Positions 1 to 12,960 of a stretch of 64,000 nucleotides of DNA are shown in pieces. The notes beneath the pieces were generated by a model. The model saw nothing but the letters and a program-made list of their open reading frames with translations, was not told where the DNA came from and searched no databases. Position 1 is the stretch's first letter. Each line of letters starts with the position of its first letter. The position numbers were made by a program, and so were the translations under genes. The stretch is from Octopus sinensis. Lineage: Eukaryota. The DNA is taken from the NCBI RefSeq assembly GCF_006345805.1, contig NC_042997.1, positions 65,100,001-65,164,000 of the forward strand, read 5' to 3'.

Positions 1-1885
1 TTTGATCTTCCAGAAGGTAATGTAGAGTTTCATTTTCGACGAGTCTTAGTAAATGCGGGCCATATTTTTGGCATTTTCCCACTATGAGCTCAGTGTACTC
101 TCTGGCCGAAAAGTTTATTTCCGGGATTCAAAATTTTGCTGATGGGGCGTTCACATGTTATTTTGAATGTCGAAACGAAATGATCCATGTTATTGCGAGT
201 CCACGGATGTGATATCGATCATCACAGAACATGCCCAGAAGAATGCTCTTTGGGTGGGCGCAGAAGCCATTTATTTGGATCACATTAACAATAATCCTTT
301 GATATTGATTTGGAAGATATCTTGGAAACTTAATCATTTGAAATAAATGCAGTGATCCAAAGTTGCATGATGGTGTGTCTTTAATTTGAAACTAAACTGG
401 AGTGTACATTCGCATCACAAATGTTGCTAAAGTTGGACAAATTTTAGGAACATATAATCAAAGGATTCTAAAAGCGGTTGTTAGTCATCTGGAATGAGGA
501 CCTGGTCCAGGTTTTCGGCGAACCAGGTCGTTATTTATTATACCAGAGCTTACTCCCTCAAAAAGCATAAGTGATAGCTTTTGGTCATTGCTCAATTCTA
601 AGGTATTGATTTGTGACAAAAACTGACATTTAATAAGAACAAATTTGACAACTGGACGGTTTTCAAACTCTTTTATTCCCTTTCAGTCTTTCCAGAATAG
701 CTCGATGGTCCTGATGTTGACCCGTCAATGAATATGAATAAATGTCTCAACAATAATTCATTTGTGTGAAGGAGACAGATTAACTATTAGAGTGGATTCT
801 CAGTATTTTCTTCAAGCGATCGAATGGCACCATTATGGATTCCAACATTTACATTCTTCCCATCACAGCCAACCACAGTTAAATCATCCAAAGCAGCATC
901 GTTTTCAGCAAAGAATAATAGTGTCGTTGATGCAATGATAGCTGATGACCGACCAGAACCAGGAGTAATATAACCGACATAGAAACAATTGGGTTCTTCA
1001 ATCAAAACAATGTTCTCCAGAACCGGTCTGAAGATAGAATCTGGTTTCTTTTTTTTACTTGAATCCTTGTTTGGCTTTTTTCTTCCATCAAAGTAGAGTA
1101 CTTCTAAGTTTTGAACATCACACTCGCTTGCAAGAATACTTTTGTATTTGGTTCTTTCTCTTCTTTCGTCTTATTTTAGAACATTCTGCTACATGATCAT
1201 GATCTACTTTAGTTACTATGTTTAAATTTGTGGGTAGGGAAGAAGCATCAGATGCAGCAGGTCGGTCTTACAGACCATATCTATCACATTCTAGTGCAGT
1301 TGTTAGTAAATTAATTCTCATTTGTTTACTTAGTTTTCTTTCATTTCTTTCTTCACAGTTGACATCCTTTTTCGAGAAACATTGCCCCTTTTCGTGCGCA
1401 GAACTATGCATTTCATTTTCTTGCTTATGCATTTTTTCTAATCGCTTTTCCTTCGCAATACTTCGTCAAGCACGCCAGTCTACTCCATCAGCAAAGATAT
1501 TCCTCTAAGTCCTTTGACCAACAAAAAGTCATCTCTCTTCAACAGGCAATTTCTTACCTCTGCTACAAACACAATCACTAAATATTTCGCATTTGCAGCA
1601 GGCTTTATTCAATAAGTTTCCACAAGGTAGTCTAAATTCGGAAACTGTTTTAACGTAACAATCATTGCTAAGTCGACCTAGATTTTTCTTCAGATTGCAA
1701 TATTTCTCATACCATGATTTAATTATTGCATTTATACGTTGAAAAGATCGGCCAGGAATGGGTGCTCTTTTCCATATCTCAAAAAGATTGGTTGCTTGTC
1801 TTGAGGATATAATTTCAAGTACACCTCGATTTATAAGTTTCTCATAAGATTTTATATACATGGGATTACTTAAAACATCGCTCAC
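1..1885 (-). mobile_element. Degenerate DNA-transposon transposase, hATm-like (CxxH-type DDE); runs off the window start
   Basis: Manual minus-strand translation across stops and frameshifts gives, in order: IWKRAPIP..ACCKCEIFSDCVC (ORF 1529-1885), ALECDRYG, LYFDGRK, IEEP..GCDGKNVNVG..IRSLE..PL (ORF 787-1005), ICLLHTNEL.LRHLF..DG.TSGP, PGPHSR*LTTA.RIL, YTPV*FQIK, AHPKSILLGM, PEINFSAREY. This motif order matches the family I recall as hATm; the family label is less certain than the transposase call. Confidence 0.75.
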
Positions 1886-2599
1886 TGTCTAAAATAGGAC
1901 ACTCGTAAGATCTTGTCGTTATGTCAGTAGCCATTACATTATGTTAGTAGCCATTACAGGAACACGATAACACTTTTCCGTATAACTAAGAAAAGGAAAC
2001 TGTTTAAGCAGAAACAAATTGTTATGAAACGAGTGGCAACAGGTTTCAGCAAGAGGTGATCTCTCCCATGATTTAAAAGTGTGAGAGGCGCTCAGTCAAA
2101 ATGCATTAAACCTTTTTTTATGCAAGCGGGTTTCAATATTCTGCAGATTCATCCACGCAGTCCAGCGTATTTTTTATCATACATCGTCATTCTTTTTCTA
2201 ATTGAATAATAAACAATTTTGAATAGTGTGAGTATTGACATAATTTTCATAATTTTAGCCCTATTGTAAAAAAATTGCAAAAATCACCTATTTTCGGAGT
2301 ATGGGGGATTTGGTGGAGTAAATGCACGTGAATGATGTTAGCGAAAATTTAGCCTTTTCCTAGTAATATAATATAAAGCAAGATTTAAGGCCTCGGGGAT
2401 TTTCAGCTTCTACAATTGTTTATTTTAACTCTATTCTATTACATAAGGTAAGGAATTCTCCTTTATGTTCATCAATCGAAAATCAATTACTCTTGTAAAA
2501 GTTTCGAATAACCCTATATATGCATAAGAAGACAATGGTACTGAAAATATAAACCAATGTCATATTGTATCATCTTAAAAATAGAAGGATATATTAAGT

Positions 2600-3430
2600 T
2601 ACACAGTCTTAGGAGAGATATATCTGGACAAATTTGAAATGAGCAGAACTGGATTGTAATTTTACTGTAACTCTACAGGATTAGAGATTACCTGAATCTC
2701 AACATGGAAAGTAGTTCTAGCACAAGGTGGGGTAAAATGGAGTGTTTAATGCAATCGAACATGCGATTTGTACTGCGAGAGGTATGAATATGCCCTCGGA
2801 ATCCCCATCACAGAAGGTGACAAAATCTTATGGCTTGGAAGAGCTGTACTGATCGGATCATAGAAGTATGGTGTACTTGATGGAGTGAATGGAAGTACAT
2901 AACGAAACTTACATAATGGAAAATACCAACTCAAAAACTACTAATAAGGTTGATATGAGAGCGAATATTATACTCTATTCAGTCTCATCAATACTAGTGA
3001 GTGTATTTGAAACCACTTTGCCACATGAAAGCATAACATCTACAAGACTCAGAAGTACGTTATATTAGCCAACAGCTGGAGAAAAATTTGGCCTTCAATT
3101 CAAATTCGTCCACGTGAATCTGGTGCATTACGAGCAAGTTTGCTGTGATCTCATGAAAGGACTGTCAGTTTACAGAAAGTAATGGTCGAAAACCCTAAAC
3201 AAAATGACAGAAGCGGCCACAAAGATTTGAAACTGGATATGATGAAAAAGGAACAAAAATAATCTTCAGAATCCATAACTTTGAAAGCTTGTCTCAATGC
3301 GATGTTGTTACACCGTGGAAGGTATCTTGGTTTGATCCGTCTTACTATCCTAGAAATTGCGGTATATGACACAAACAGGGGCAAAAGGTGTGGCAGCAGA
3401 GGAATATACATGAATCATTACATGGATGAG
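2600..3430 (+). mobile_element. Highly decayed RLE-type non-LTR retrotransposon 3' fragment (HERO/NeSL-like)
   Basis: Weak motifs AQGGVKW, MRFVLREV, LIRLTILE (cf. ELTVPWE) and VAAEEY..W.R (cf. AAE..S.W.W.KR). Many stops. Confidence 0.3.
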
Positions 3431-4189
3431 ACCTAGCACTTTTATAATGTAAGGGATCAGTTGACACTCTTAACTGCTTTATGGTAGGTTAACATTATAT
3501 TCACCACAAGAGACGTTTATTTCTGCTGGTTTTAACTTTATCTTATCCCTTTCCCTCTTCTTCTCTCTTTGATGTTCTATCCTTATTTGTTTCTTCTTAT
3601 GATCTAGAAGCTATCCTTCCTCATTTTCCCCTCACCTTGCATCACTTTCTCCCTCCGCTCACCATTTTGCCTGTTATTTTTGCTAGCATAAACTATATTT
3701 GCCAACATTCCCTTGATGAGGAACATCGAACTTATTGTAATATATTCATGCGACGTGCTACCGGTTACTTACTCATACATTTTCTCACGTTCAATCAGCA
3801 ATTTATGATTATGATTATTTCGCAACTACGGGCTTTCTGAAACCGCTGTCGTTTAATGAAATTACGTATTTTTTTATTCATTATTTTTCTGTATTGCTAT
3901 GCTCCATACAAAGATATTCATAAGAAACTTAACTCCATATCAGCATCAGCTCGATTTGCATTTCTCTTATAGCCATTCTTGCCGGAGCGGGCGTCAATCA
4001 TTTTAACTACGTTTTCTATACTTAGCATACCCAGCTTTCATCTATTGTTAACACACACACACACACACATACACACATATATATATATGTGTGTGTATGT
4101 ATGTATGTAAGTAAGTATGTATGTATTTATGTATATATATATATATATATATTTACATTCACGCACGTAAACACACTCACCTGTATATA

Positions 4190-4997
4190 TATATGCATTC
4201 AGCTCATGGAACCATCTTGCTCTCATATATTTTGTATTTGCGGTTCAGCTGGTGGCTAATGAGCCCTACTCCTGACAAGTATACACGAATGTAAATATTG
4301 CAGACCAAGCTTTCCCCGTTCACTACACCACCAGTGTGCTTCCGAGCAGCATGCTTAAGTTCTTCATGCAGAATACGTGCTCTCTCAAAAGTGTCGACCA
4401 CCTCTTTAACCTGCTTTCTCCATCTTTTGCGATGACAGGAAATGTTCTCCAAGTCAGTCTCCTTCATATCACAGGCCTTTAATGAGGACATGACACCGTC
4501 CTTAAATCACAGCTTTGGTTACTGCCGGGGTCTCTTTCCATTTACAAGTTCGCCATGTAGCATGTGCTTAGGGATCCTGTATATCCATCTAGTAAGGTGT
4601 CCAGTCCAATGCTCAAGGACCTGTGTGTCAAGAGTTTTTAAGGTACAGCCAACATTCAGAATGTGTCTGAGACATCTCCGATGAAAGCGTTCAAGGAACC
4701 TTGCACGTCGTTTGTAAAGGGTCCATGTCTCACACGAGTAAATGAGCGATGTCAGTACACAGGAAATCCATATTTAGAACCAGCTATCTTGGTTGAAGGA
4801 ACAATTCTGAAAGTGGTAGACAAGTTTGTGTTCCTGGGCAGCACACTCAGCCGTTCTTGTTCCCTGGATAATGAAATATCTTTCAGACTGCAGAGAGCAA
4901 CTGATTCCTTCCAGTCTTTTCAGTCTCGTGTCTGGTTCCAGCATGGCATCACTAAGCAAACAAAAATTGCTGCACCGTGCATGTGTACTGACATCGG
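4190..4997 (-). mobile_element. 5'-truncated RTE (BovB-like) LINE with inverted 5' segment
   Basis: Minus strand ~4761-4200 encodes VLTSLIYSCETWTLYKRRARFLERFHRRCLRHIL..RIPKHMLHGELVNGKR..WRKQVKEVVDTFE..GLISH (RTE C-terminus). Plus strand 4763-4996 encodes the preceding part, LKVVDKFVFLGSTLSRSCSLDNEISFRLQRA..GITKQTKI. Flanked by (TA)n. Confidence 0.85.
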
Positions 4998-4998
4998 T

Positions 4999-5194
<196 letters not shown>

Positions 5195-5475
5195 GGAATA
5201 AAAGGAATAAAAGTAATAGAAATCATTATTTTGAATTGTTAAAGAAATTCAAGTATATATATGTATATATGCTTGAATCTCTTTAACAATTCAAAATAAT
5301 GACTTCTATTACATTTATTCCTACCTCAGTTCATCTAATTGTATATATCTTTCGTTACTTTACATAAAAAAGCCTTTACTTTTTTTTTATTTACAATGTG
5401 CATTTTCATTTATTTTTCTTACTTTCCCCTTACATTAGAACGTGTAGATTCTATTTTCTTTTTGTAACATATTTC

Positions 5476-5510
<35 letters not shown>

Positions 5511-5582
5511 AATAATTGCAGCGACCTGTTCACTGACAAAAATCCGTGCTGCATCTGAGAAAGTAACAGTTAATTCGTTATA

Positions 5583-6029
5583 TATATGTACGTATGTATG
5601 TGTGTATGTATGTATGCACGCATGTATGTATGCATGCATGTATGTATGTACTACGTACGCCTGTGTGTATGTATGTATGTATGTATGTATGTATGTATGT
5701 ATGTATGTATGTATGTATGTATGTATGTATGTACGTACGTATGTATGTATGTGTGTATATGCAGGCACACACACACTATAAACTTAAAGCTATAAACCTG
5801 TAATGATGGATAGATGTAGACTGACCACTCATCACAATATCAAATTTCAACCTCCCCCGCCGGAACTAGGAAGTGATTTATGACCCTCACCCCCACGACA
5901 AGACTCTAAGACCTATTATCAGTCACTTATCTCTATATCACAAAACTTTTGTTTTACTATTACTTATCTCTTTTTTTTTCAACCTTACATCTAGTTTGTT
6001 CAGGTTATATATATATACGTATGTATGTG

Positions 6030-6060
<31 letters not shown>

Positions 6061-6300
6061 GTGTATGCAAGTACGTACGCATGTGCGTATGTGTGTGTGT
6101 GTGTACATGTACGTGCGTATGTACGTGTGTATGCCCATACGCAGGTATGTATGTATGTTTGTATTTATGTGCTACGTATGTATGTGAGTATCTAGGAGAA
6201 CGGGCAGATGTCTGTGTGTGTGTGTGTGTGTGTGTACATGTGTTTGTGCATGTGAATGTATGTCCGTGTACTGGTATGTGTCCGTCTCAGTTGTGTACAT
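5583..6300. repeat. Compound (TATG)n/(TG)n microsatellite field
   Basis: Direct reading; source of the MYVC/HTYI ORFs. Confidence 0.9.
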
Positions 6301-6663
6301 GACTGTTATTTTGTTGAAGGTTGTATATATACGTACATATATGTTTGTATAGACGCACACATATATATATATGTGTGGGTGTCTGTTTGTTCCTCTCATC
6401 ATCGTCTAACGGTGAATGGATACAACGTTTAGGTGCAACTGAGCACATATAACCATATACATATACACAAGTACACACAATCATATAGACACACTCATAA
6501 ACACACTTATAACCTTAAATTATATACTCATATATGCTTATCCACTTCAACATACATATGTCCTATTACACACATACACACACCTACACACGCACACGCA
6601 CACACACACATACAAAATATGACACAGTATAAATATATATATATATATATATACATATACTAG

Positions 6664-6665
6664 TT

Positions 6666-6740
<75 letters not shown>

Positions 6741-6761
6741 AAGATAGATAGATAGATAGAG

Positions 6762-6811
<50 letters not shown>

Positions 6812-6847
6812 GTAGGTAGGTAGGTAGATAGATAGATAGATAGATAG

Positions 6848-6883
<36 letters not shown>

Positions 6884-6910
6884 GATAGATAGATAGATAG
6901 ATAGATAGAT
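6664..6910. repeat. (GATA)n microsatellite
   Basis: Direct reading. Confidence 0.97.
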
Positions 6911-6960
6911 AAAATCTGCTTGGAAAAGGATGTGTGGTGTTCAATCTTATAATAATATGA

Positions 6961-7016
<56 letters not shown>

Positions 7017-8320
7017 AGTAAATGAAACCAGTATTACTGACATTCGTAACTGATGTATGTTAGTTTAACATTATCTCAATCACAGAAGACGTTTACATCC
7101 GTTCATGTTAACTTTATCATACCTACTCTTATCTAAATATCTTATTGTACTGAGTTTATCGGCAAATGGGAGTCAAATGGAAAGGATAAAATTATTATAC
7201 ACATGTACATTTTAATTTCGAGTAGCATCATCTTCCAAAGATTTATTGATTTTTTACATTCAAATATTAATAGAAAGAAGATATATTAGACAGAGTGAAA
7301 CATATCTATTTACACTCAACTCAATATTTGTTTTTCTTTGTTTTCCTTTTTTGCATTTCCTTCTAATCCAATAAGGTATATGATATATACATTTACTTAA
7401 TAACATGAACTGAATGTTTTTCGTCGTTTTTATGATGCATTTGTGCTTCATGCGGTTATTTAGTGTAATGTTTTCCCTACGCTTTGTCTCTGATTGCATA
7501 AGGAGATCTAGAAATAAGTAGTAGTTATGCATTTGATTGCATAATCGTCTGGTTATTTTACATTTTCAGTTTTCCTTTTATTTGTTGCAAGATCAGCTCC
7601 AAGTACAATTAGAAGCAGCAAAACTCTAGAAGAGAACGTCGTTCTTCATTTCTGTATTTACCTATGAAATTCGGCTGGCTTTTTTTTATATAGTTTTTGC
7701 ACATCATCAATGGGGGAAAACGGTTTAGCGAAAAGAGAATAAGAAAGTTTTGAAAACTAAATAGACACAATTAGTATATTGAAATACAATTCCTAATTGT
7801 TATTGATTGTGCTTAGACTTAATGACAAAATTGCTTTAATTACATTCAAATTTAAAGTGATATTTTCTGAGGAATTAATAATTATATTGATGATACATTA
7901 TATTTTCAGTACTTCTATGTTTATTATATACAAAATTACATAGCACCTTTTTTCAAAAAAATCAAATTTAACGCTTGCAGAGTACTGCATCTCTAATAAA
8001 ACAACGTGCAATTATTTCTACATTAATAGGGGCCTTGATATAAAACACTAATTACCATGTATTAATTAGAACGGCACTAATTTGCTTTTTTTTCTGAATA
8101 ATCGCCTGTTAAGAAGGCTTATCTTGTAGATAACCCTTGTATGTTTTCCAATATCTTCAACTCAGCACAATATACATTGACGGGGAGGGGCATTCCAGAG
8201 AGCGTAAGAATTTGGTACCACAGATGCGATGAAATAGATGGGCCGGGGCATAGGGAGGGAGAAACCGTAGAGGAAAAGGACGGATGTGCGACGGATTGAC
8301 ACTCTGCACTTGACTGAAGA

Positions 8321-8369
<49 letters not shown>

Positions 8370-8654
8370 TGTGTGTGCGTTTGCATTATGTATACATGCA
8401 TATATATATGGTTAGGGGATCATTCACAAAAAAGACGAAGACAGGTGGTGTAGACAACAAACGGATGTATTAGTATAACACTCGGGTAGTGAAAAAGTAT
8501 TTAACGATTCGTACCTACGCTCTTCCACAGAAAGGAACACAGAAAGAAACAAGGGGAGTATATATATATATATACATACATACATATGTACACACACAAT
8601 CACACATTCACACACGTAAATGTACAGATACCCACGCACATATATATCTTCTAT

Positions 8655-9075
8655 CTTTTACTTGATTCAGTCATTTGACTCGGTTATTCCGGGTCACCGC
8701 CTTAAAGAGATTTAGTCGAACAAATCGACCCTGAGACTTATTTTTCTAAGCCTAGTACTTACTCTATTGGTCATTTCTCCGAACCACTAAGTTACTAGGA
8801 CATAAATATACCAACACCAGTTTTCAAATGGTGGTGGCGGGACAAATACGGACACAAATACACTCACACACGTAGCCACAGAAGTATATACATATATATA
8901 TATATATAGGAAAAAAGCAACAAGAATGGATTAAAGCAACAAGAATGCTTTTTTCCTATTTGTAATCACCCCACTTGTCGTATGGTTAACACCATATAGA
9001 TTTACAGTGCATCCTAGTTAAGGACCATATTCATGTGAATTCTTTAGAATTCACTAGAATCTCAATTACTTAACC

Positions 9076-9109
<34 letters not shown>

Positions 9110-9253
9110 CGGCTTTTTTCAGTTTCCATTTAACAAATCTACTTACAAGAATATGGTCGGCCCGAGGTAATGGTAGAAGGCATTTGCCGAAGGTGCCATG
9201 CAGTGAGACTAAAATCATATGGTTGGGAATCAAGCTTCTAACCACACAGTCAC
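8655..9253 (-). mobile_element. tRNA-derived SINE, family A (CORE-like), with internal TA/CA microsatellite carrying a nested insertion
   Basis: Body (cagtcatttgact..ccgaaccactaagttac..) matches the copies at 52.8 and 53.3 kb. tRNA-like head on the minus strand at ~9150-9253 (..atttgccgaaggtgccatgcagtgagact..accacacagtcac). Confidence 0.8.
8909..9076. mobile_element. Short (collapsed) copy of an unclassified repeat with asymmetric inverted repeats and a terminal hairpin
   Basis: Flanked by (TA)n on both sides. 8950-9060 is the reverse complement of ~41240-41345. Perfect hairpin GTGAATTC-TTTA-GAATTCAC at 9035-9054. Confidence 0.6.
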
Positions 9254-10372
9254 ATACATATATAAAACCTTTTCGGCCATGCTTAACCGTATATTTGCGC
9301 CTGTACATGCATCCTCTGACAACAATTATTCTGTATACTTGAGGGAATACAATTCCATGTAAGGTTCCCCCTCACCTCACCGATGTTCTCAAAAGAATGA
9401 TGTTCTCAATAGAAAGCCTAGAAAAACAGTAGGTATATCTACCATTAGTGTCGCTTCTTGCGTTGCTGCTAGAAAACAAATGACCCAACTATTGCAAATC
9501 ACAAACACACTTCAATGCAGTGGTTCAATGCAGGTCGTCTGGCTAGTTGGGAAAGATTTAATAATCATTACTTGAACACCGCTGCGCTTTATAATTTCTC
9601 TTTTTCTTTTCTAAACTGTCACTCCTCTTAACACACTTGCTTTCTCGCCATTTATTTTGGCAACTGTATTAACAGTCTCTCTCCAGACATTTCCAAAGAA
9701 ATGTTTCCTAGACTTTTTACTCGCTGGAAGTTACTACTTACTCAGAATTTACTTACAGGCAGAGATATAAACTGAAGAACGTAATTATCTGCCAACTGGT
9801 TATATATAAGCTGGAGATTTCGAATACTGTTCCTATCACTGTATAGAATCACAGCAATAATCATATAAATTCTTTTACCTAGCTATCTAATACTAGTTTG
9901 TGTGCATTCAACAACATACACCGCATCCGCACACACACTAACACCAATTTAGACGCCTATAAACTTCGTCCAGATAAAAAAGAATAGGGTGTCTTTGAGT
10001 TTAAGTAATTATCTAGCATAATGAATGAAATTAGAACTACAAATTCAGTTTTCTAGAAATAACAGGCAAGTTTGTTTCAGTTCTCATTTTAAGGCCTTAA
10101 AAGTGAATGCTTTCTTAACAGCACTGATTTTTTAAAACAAGGCAATTTCTAATGAACCTGGCTAGAATACCTTTTAATCATAGAGCTCATTTTAAACGTA
10201 TCAAGAAACTTCTTGGAAAAGACATTAGTTCAATACACTCCTACATTGAACATTTCAACATTTAGAGATATCTCGGCTTAGTATATCCATTGTATTCGTC
10301 GTTTCAAAGATGACAGTGATATAAGAGAGATTTGAGCGCTATTACCAGGGGTTTGACCTTATTTGTTGCGAG

Positions 10373-12235
10373 AAAGCTTGCCGAAATTGGTACTACTGTA
10401 CCAAATTTGGTACTTTTCGTGTTCGGTAATACTTTTGGTACTACTCTGCAAAACTTTGTTACCTTTTTCAAATTTTTCGCGCTTTATGTAAAAGAAATAT
10501 GCTTCGGCGTATCTAAGTAAATAATGTAATAATATATGCATTACATTACTATTGCACTAACTATTTCATATCAAAATGTATTTTGGGACATTTTATAACG
10601 AGGCTAATTGGTAGCTAGTTGGTATAGAACGTGTTCAATACGTGTATCGTACGCATCATCCAATATCGCTGACTTGCCGTCTCTAATGTTTTGTATATAA
10701 GTGACTTGTGTTTCCTTACAATCTCGTTAAACTTTTATCAATTATGAGTTATTTATATCTCTCATGATGTGCAAGAATATGAAAGATAAAAGCACTGATG
10801 AAATTGGCGTCGGTTTATTCCGCCAAAGAAAAGAACTAAACAATAGAATCAAAAATTTTCGAACAAACTTTTATCGGATTCTAGATTTTCATCGTGATTA
10901 GAACGAGGTAAAACAAATATCGAAAGAGCATACTGTAAATTTTGTTGCGAAATTCAAGGCAGCGTAATTCATCTGGAGAGGCACGGAAAAACAGATAAAC
11001 ATATTAAAAATTTTAATTCAGAATATAAAAATGGAAAACCGACCGACTTTTTGAAGTTGGAACAGTAGAACAGTAAACTGCTCTTGTGTTATTCTTCAAT
11101 ACTTCTGCTATTGAAGATAATAACAATACATCTTCAAATGTGCTGAACTCATTAACAAATCCAAACACAGAGTTGTATTATGCATTTTTAGCATATATTT
11201 TGCCAATTCGATTTCCAATTCGAAACCTACAGAATGCATAAATCTATTACATGTACTGTTAAGGGAATACTTGGCAAATTTGTTAAAAAATAAATTGTAT
11301 GAAATAAAGAGGCACATAAAATTAACATCAATGATCCATCAGTGTATTTTCCCATAACCGAAATTTTCAGAGGAGCAAACGTTGAAAGCATTTGCATAAA
11401 GAAAGCTTCATCTATTAGTACAACCGAATTGAAACAATGTCATATGAAAATATTACATTTTTATGTACGTCTTCGGAAGGAAGTTTTTCAGCGCTTCTTT
11501 GCACATGATTTCTTCCGTAACCTGAAGCTTCTAGAGGCACTAGACCCAGTTAGTATTCGTGATTGCAATGTTCCAATTTCAATTGTTCATCTGGCATGGA
11601 AATTTCCAAATATTGTTCAGGTGAGGCAGGCAGATTGAAGCTCTTAATAAAGAATGGAGAGACCTTAAACTTCAAGGTAACAATGAAATAACTGAAGCTA
11701 CGAAACTAGAAGATTAATGGTATAACATTTCTAAGGAAAATATGGAGATGACGCTTGTTATCCAATCCTACCAGGCTTTATGTCTTAGTACCTATCATTA
11801 CCACATTCTTCAGCTGCAGCTGAGAGGATATTTTCAGCCCTAAATAACATTAAAGTCAAGAATATGTCTAAACTGCATACTCAAACAATCATTGCTCTGC
11901 TGCATCCAAAAGGTCTTCCTAATGATGTAAACTGCACAATTTATACACCCGTTGGGGTGCTTTGTGATAAATTAAAAGGAGGACAAGGACATTGGTACAA
12001 AGAGGAACCTCACCTTGTTGATGATGTAACCTTCTAATTATAAAGTAAGTAGACTAAATATGCGTAGGTCACTTTAAAATAAAGCCCTTTATATCATAAA
12101 TAATATATATTAAGCATTTAAGTTGCTCTATAGGCACAATATAACAAATTTAAATTTTTGCACTTTTTAATCAAAATTTGGTACTTTTATTTTGGTAAAT
12201 CTGGTATTTTCATCAAAATACGTGTGGCAAGCCTT
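10373..12235 (+). mobile_element. hAT DNA transposon, defective, with both termini
   Basis: TIR AAAGCTTGCC / GGCAAGCCTT (9/10). 8-bp TSD GTTGCGAG (10365-72) / GTTGTGAG (12236-43). Subterminal TTTGGTAC repeats at both ends. Transposase remnants including ORF 11342-11638 and the C-terminal dimerisation motif LSLPHSSAAAERIFSALNNIK (~11790-11850). Confidence 0.85.
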
Positions 12236-12439
12236 GTTGTGAGTTGTAAAGGCGCCGAAATATTACAAGGAGTAATGTTACATTGAGATGGACGGGATAG
12301 GGAGGGATACCTAAAGACAGAGAATCTTAGAGAAAAAAAGTTACCATTCATTACAGTTCATAACTGGTGTATTCAATATAGGCTGAGATGATATGAAAAT
12401 CAGTGTTGTCATTGGAGGGAATTGAGCTCATATCGCCGT

Positions 12440-12960
12440 CAGCCAGAAAGGTTTCCGCAAGTCAATCTATCTAGTGTTGCAACAACTCGACCAATTGGAC
12501 ACTTTACATATGCGTACTCATACAAATACACAAGCATACAGATACATACATGCATACATACATACATACATACATACATACATACATACATACATACATA
12601 CATACATACATACATACATACATACATACATCGTCATAGAAGTCAGCTGCCCTGCTGGTATAAACATCTCTTTGAAAATCAAAGAAAAACAGGATATCTA
12701 TGGACAACTGCTTCGAAACCTCCAGTTTCTATATCCAGAATATGAATTTATATTCATACGAATAACAAATGGAACACTAGGTATTTTAGTAAATGCTTAA
12801 AGGACAATCTGGATGAAGTGAGATTTTCAGAAAGCGATATCAGTTGGCTAATTCGTACATTACAAGTGGAATCTGTGAGTGGAACAGTAAAAATATGCAA
12901 TACTTTCCTCAAGTTCCTCAGTGGAAGATTTGTAATAATTAAAACATAGACGAGACATAC
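12440..12960 (+). mobile_element. RLE-type LINE (R4-like) 3' fragment interrupted by (TACA)n
   Basis: IVIEVSCPAGINISLKIKEK.DIYGQLLRNLQFLYPEY..GTLG..GTVKICNTFLKF; same family as the 47.2-47.7 kb fragment. Confidence 0.7.

Noticed and set aside
8170-8300. Minus-strand F..SVVPNSYALWNAPP, resembling a CR1/Jockey 3' end
   Set aside because: Too short and degenerate to call
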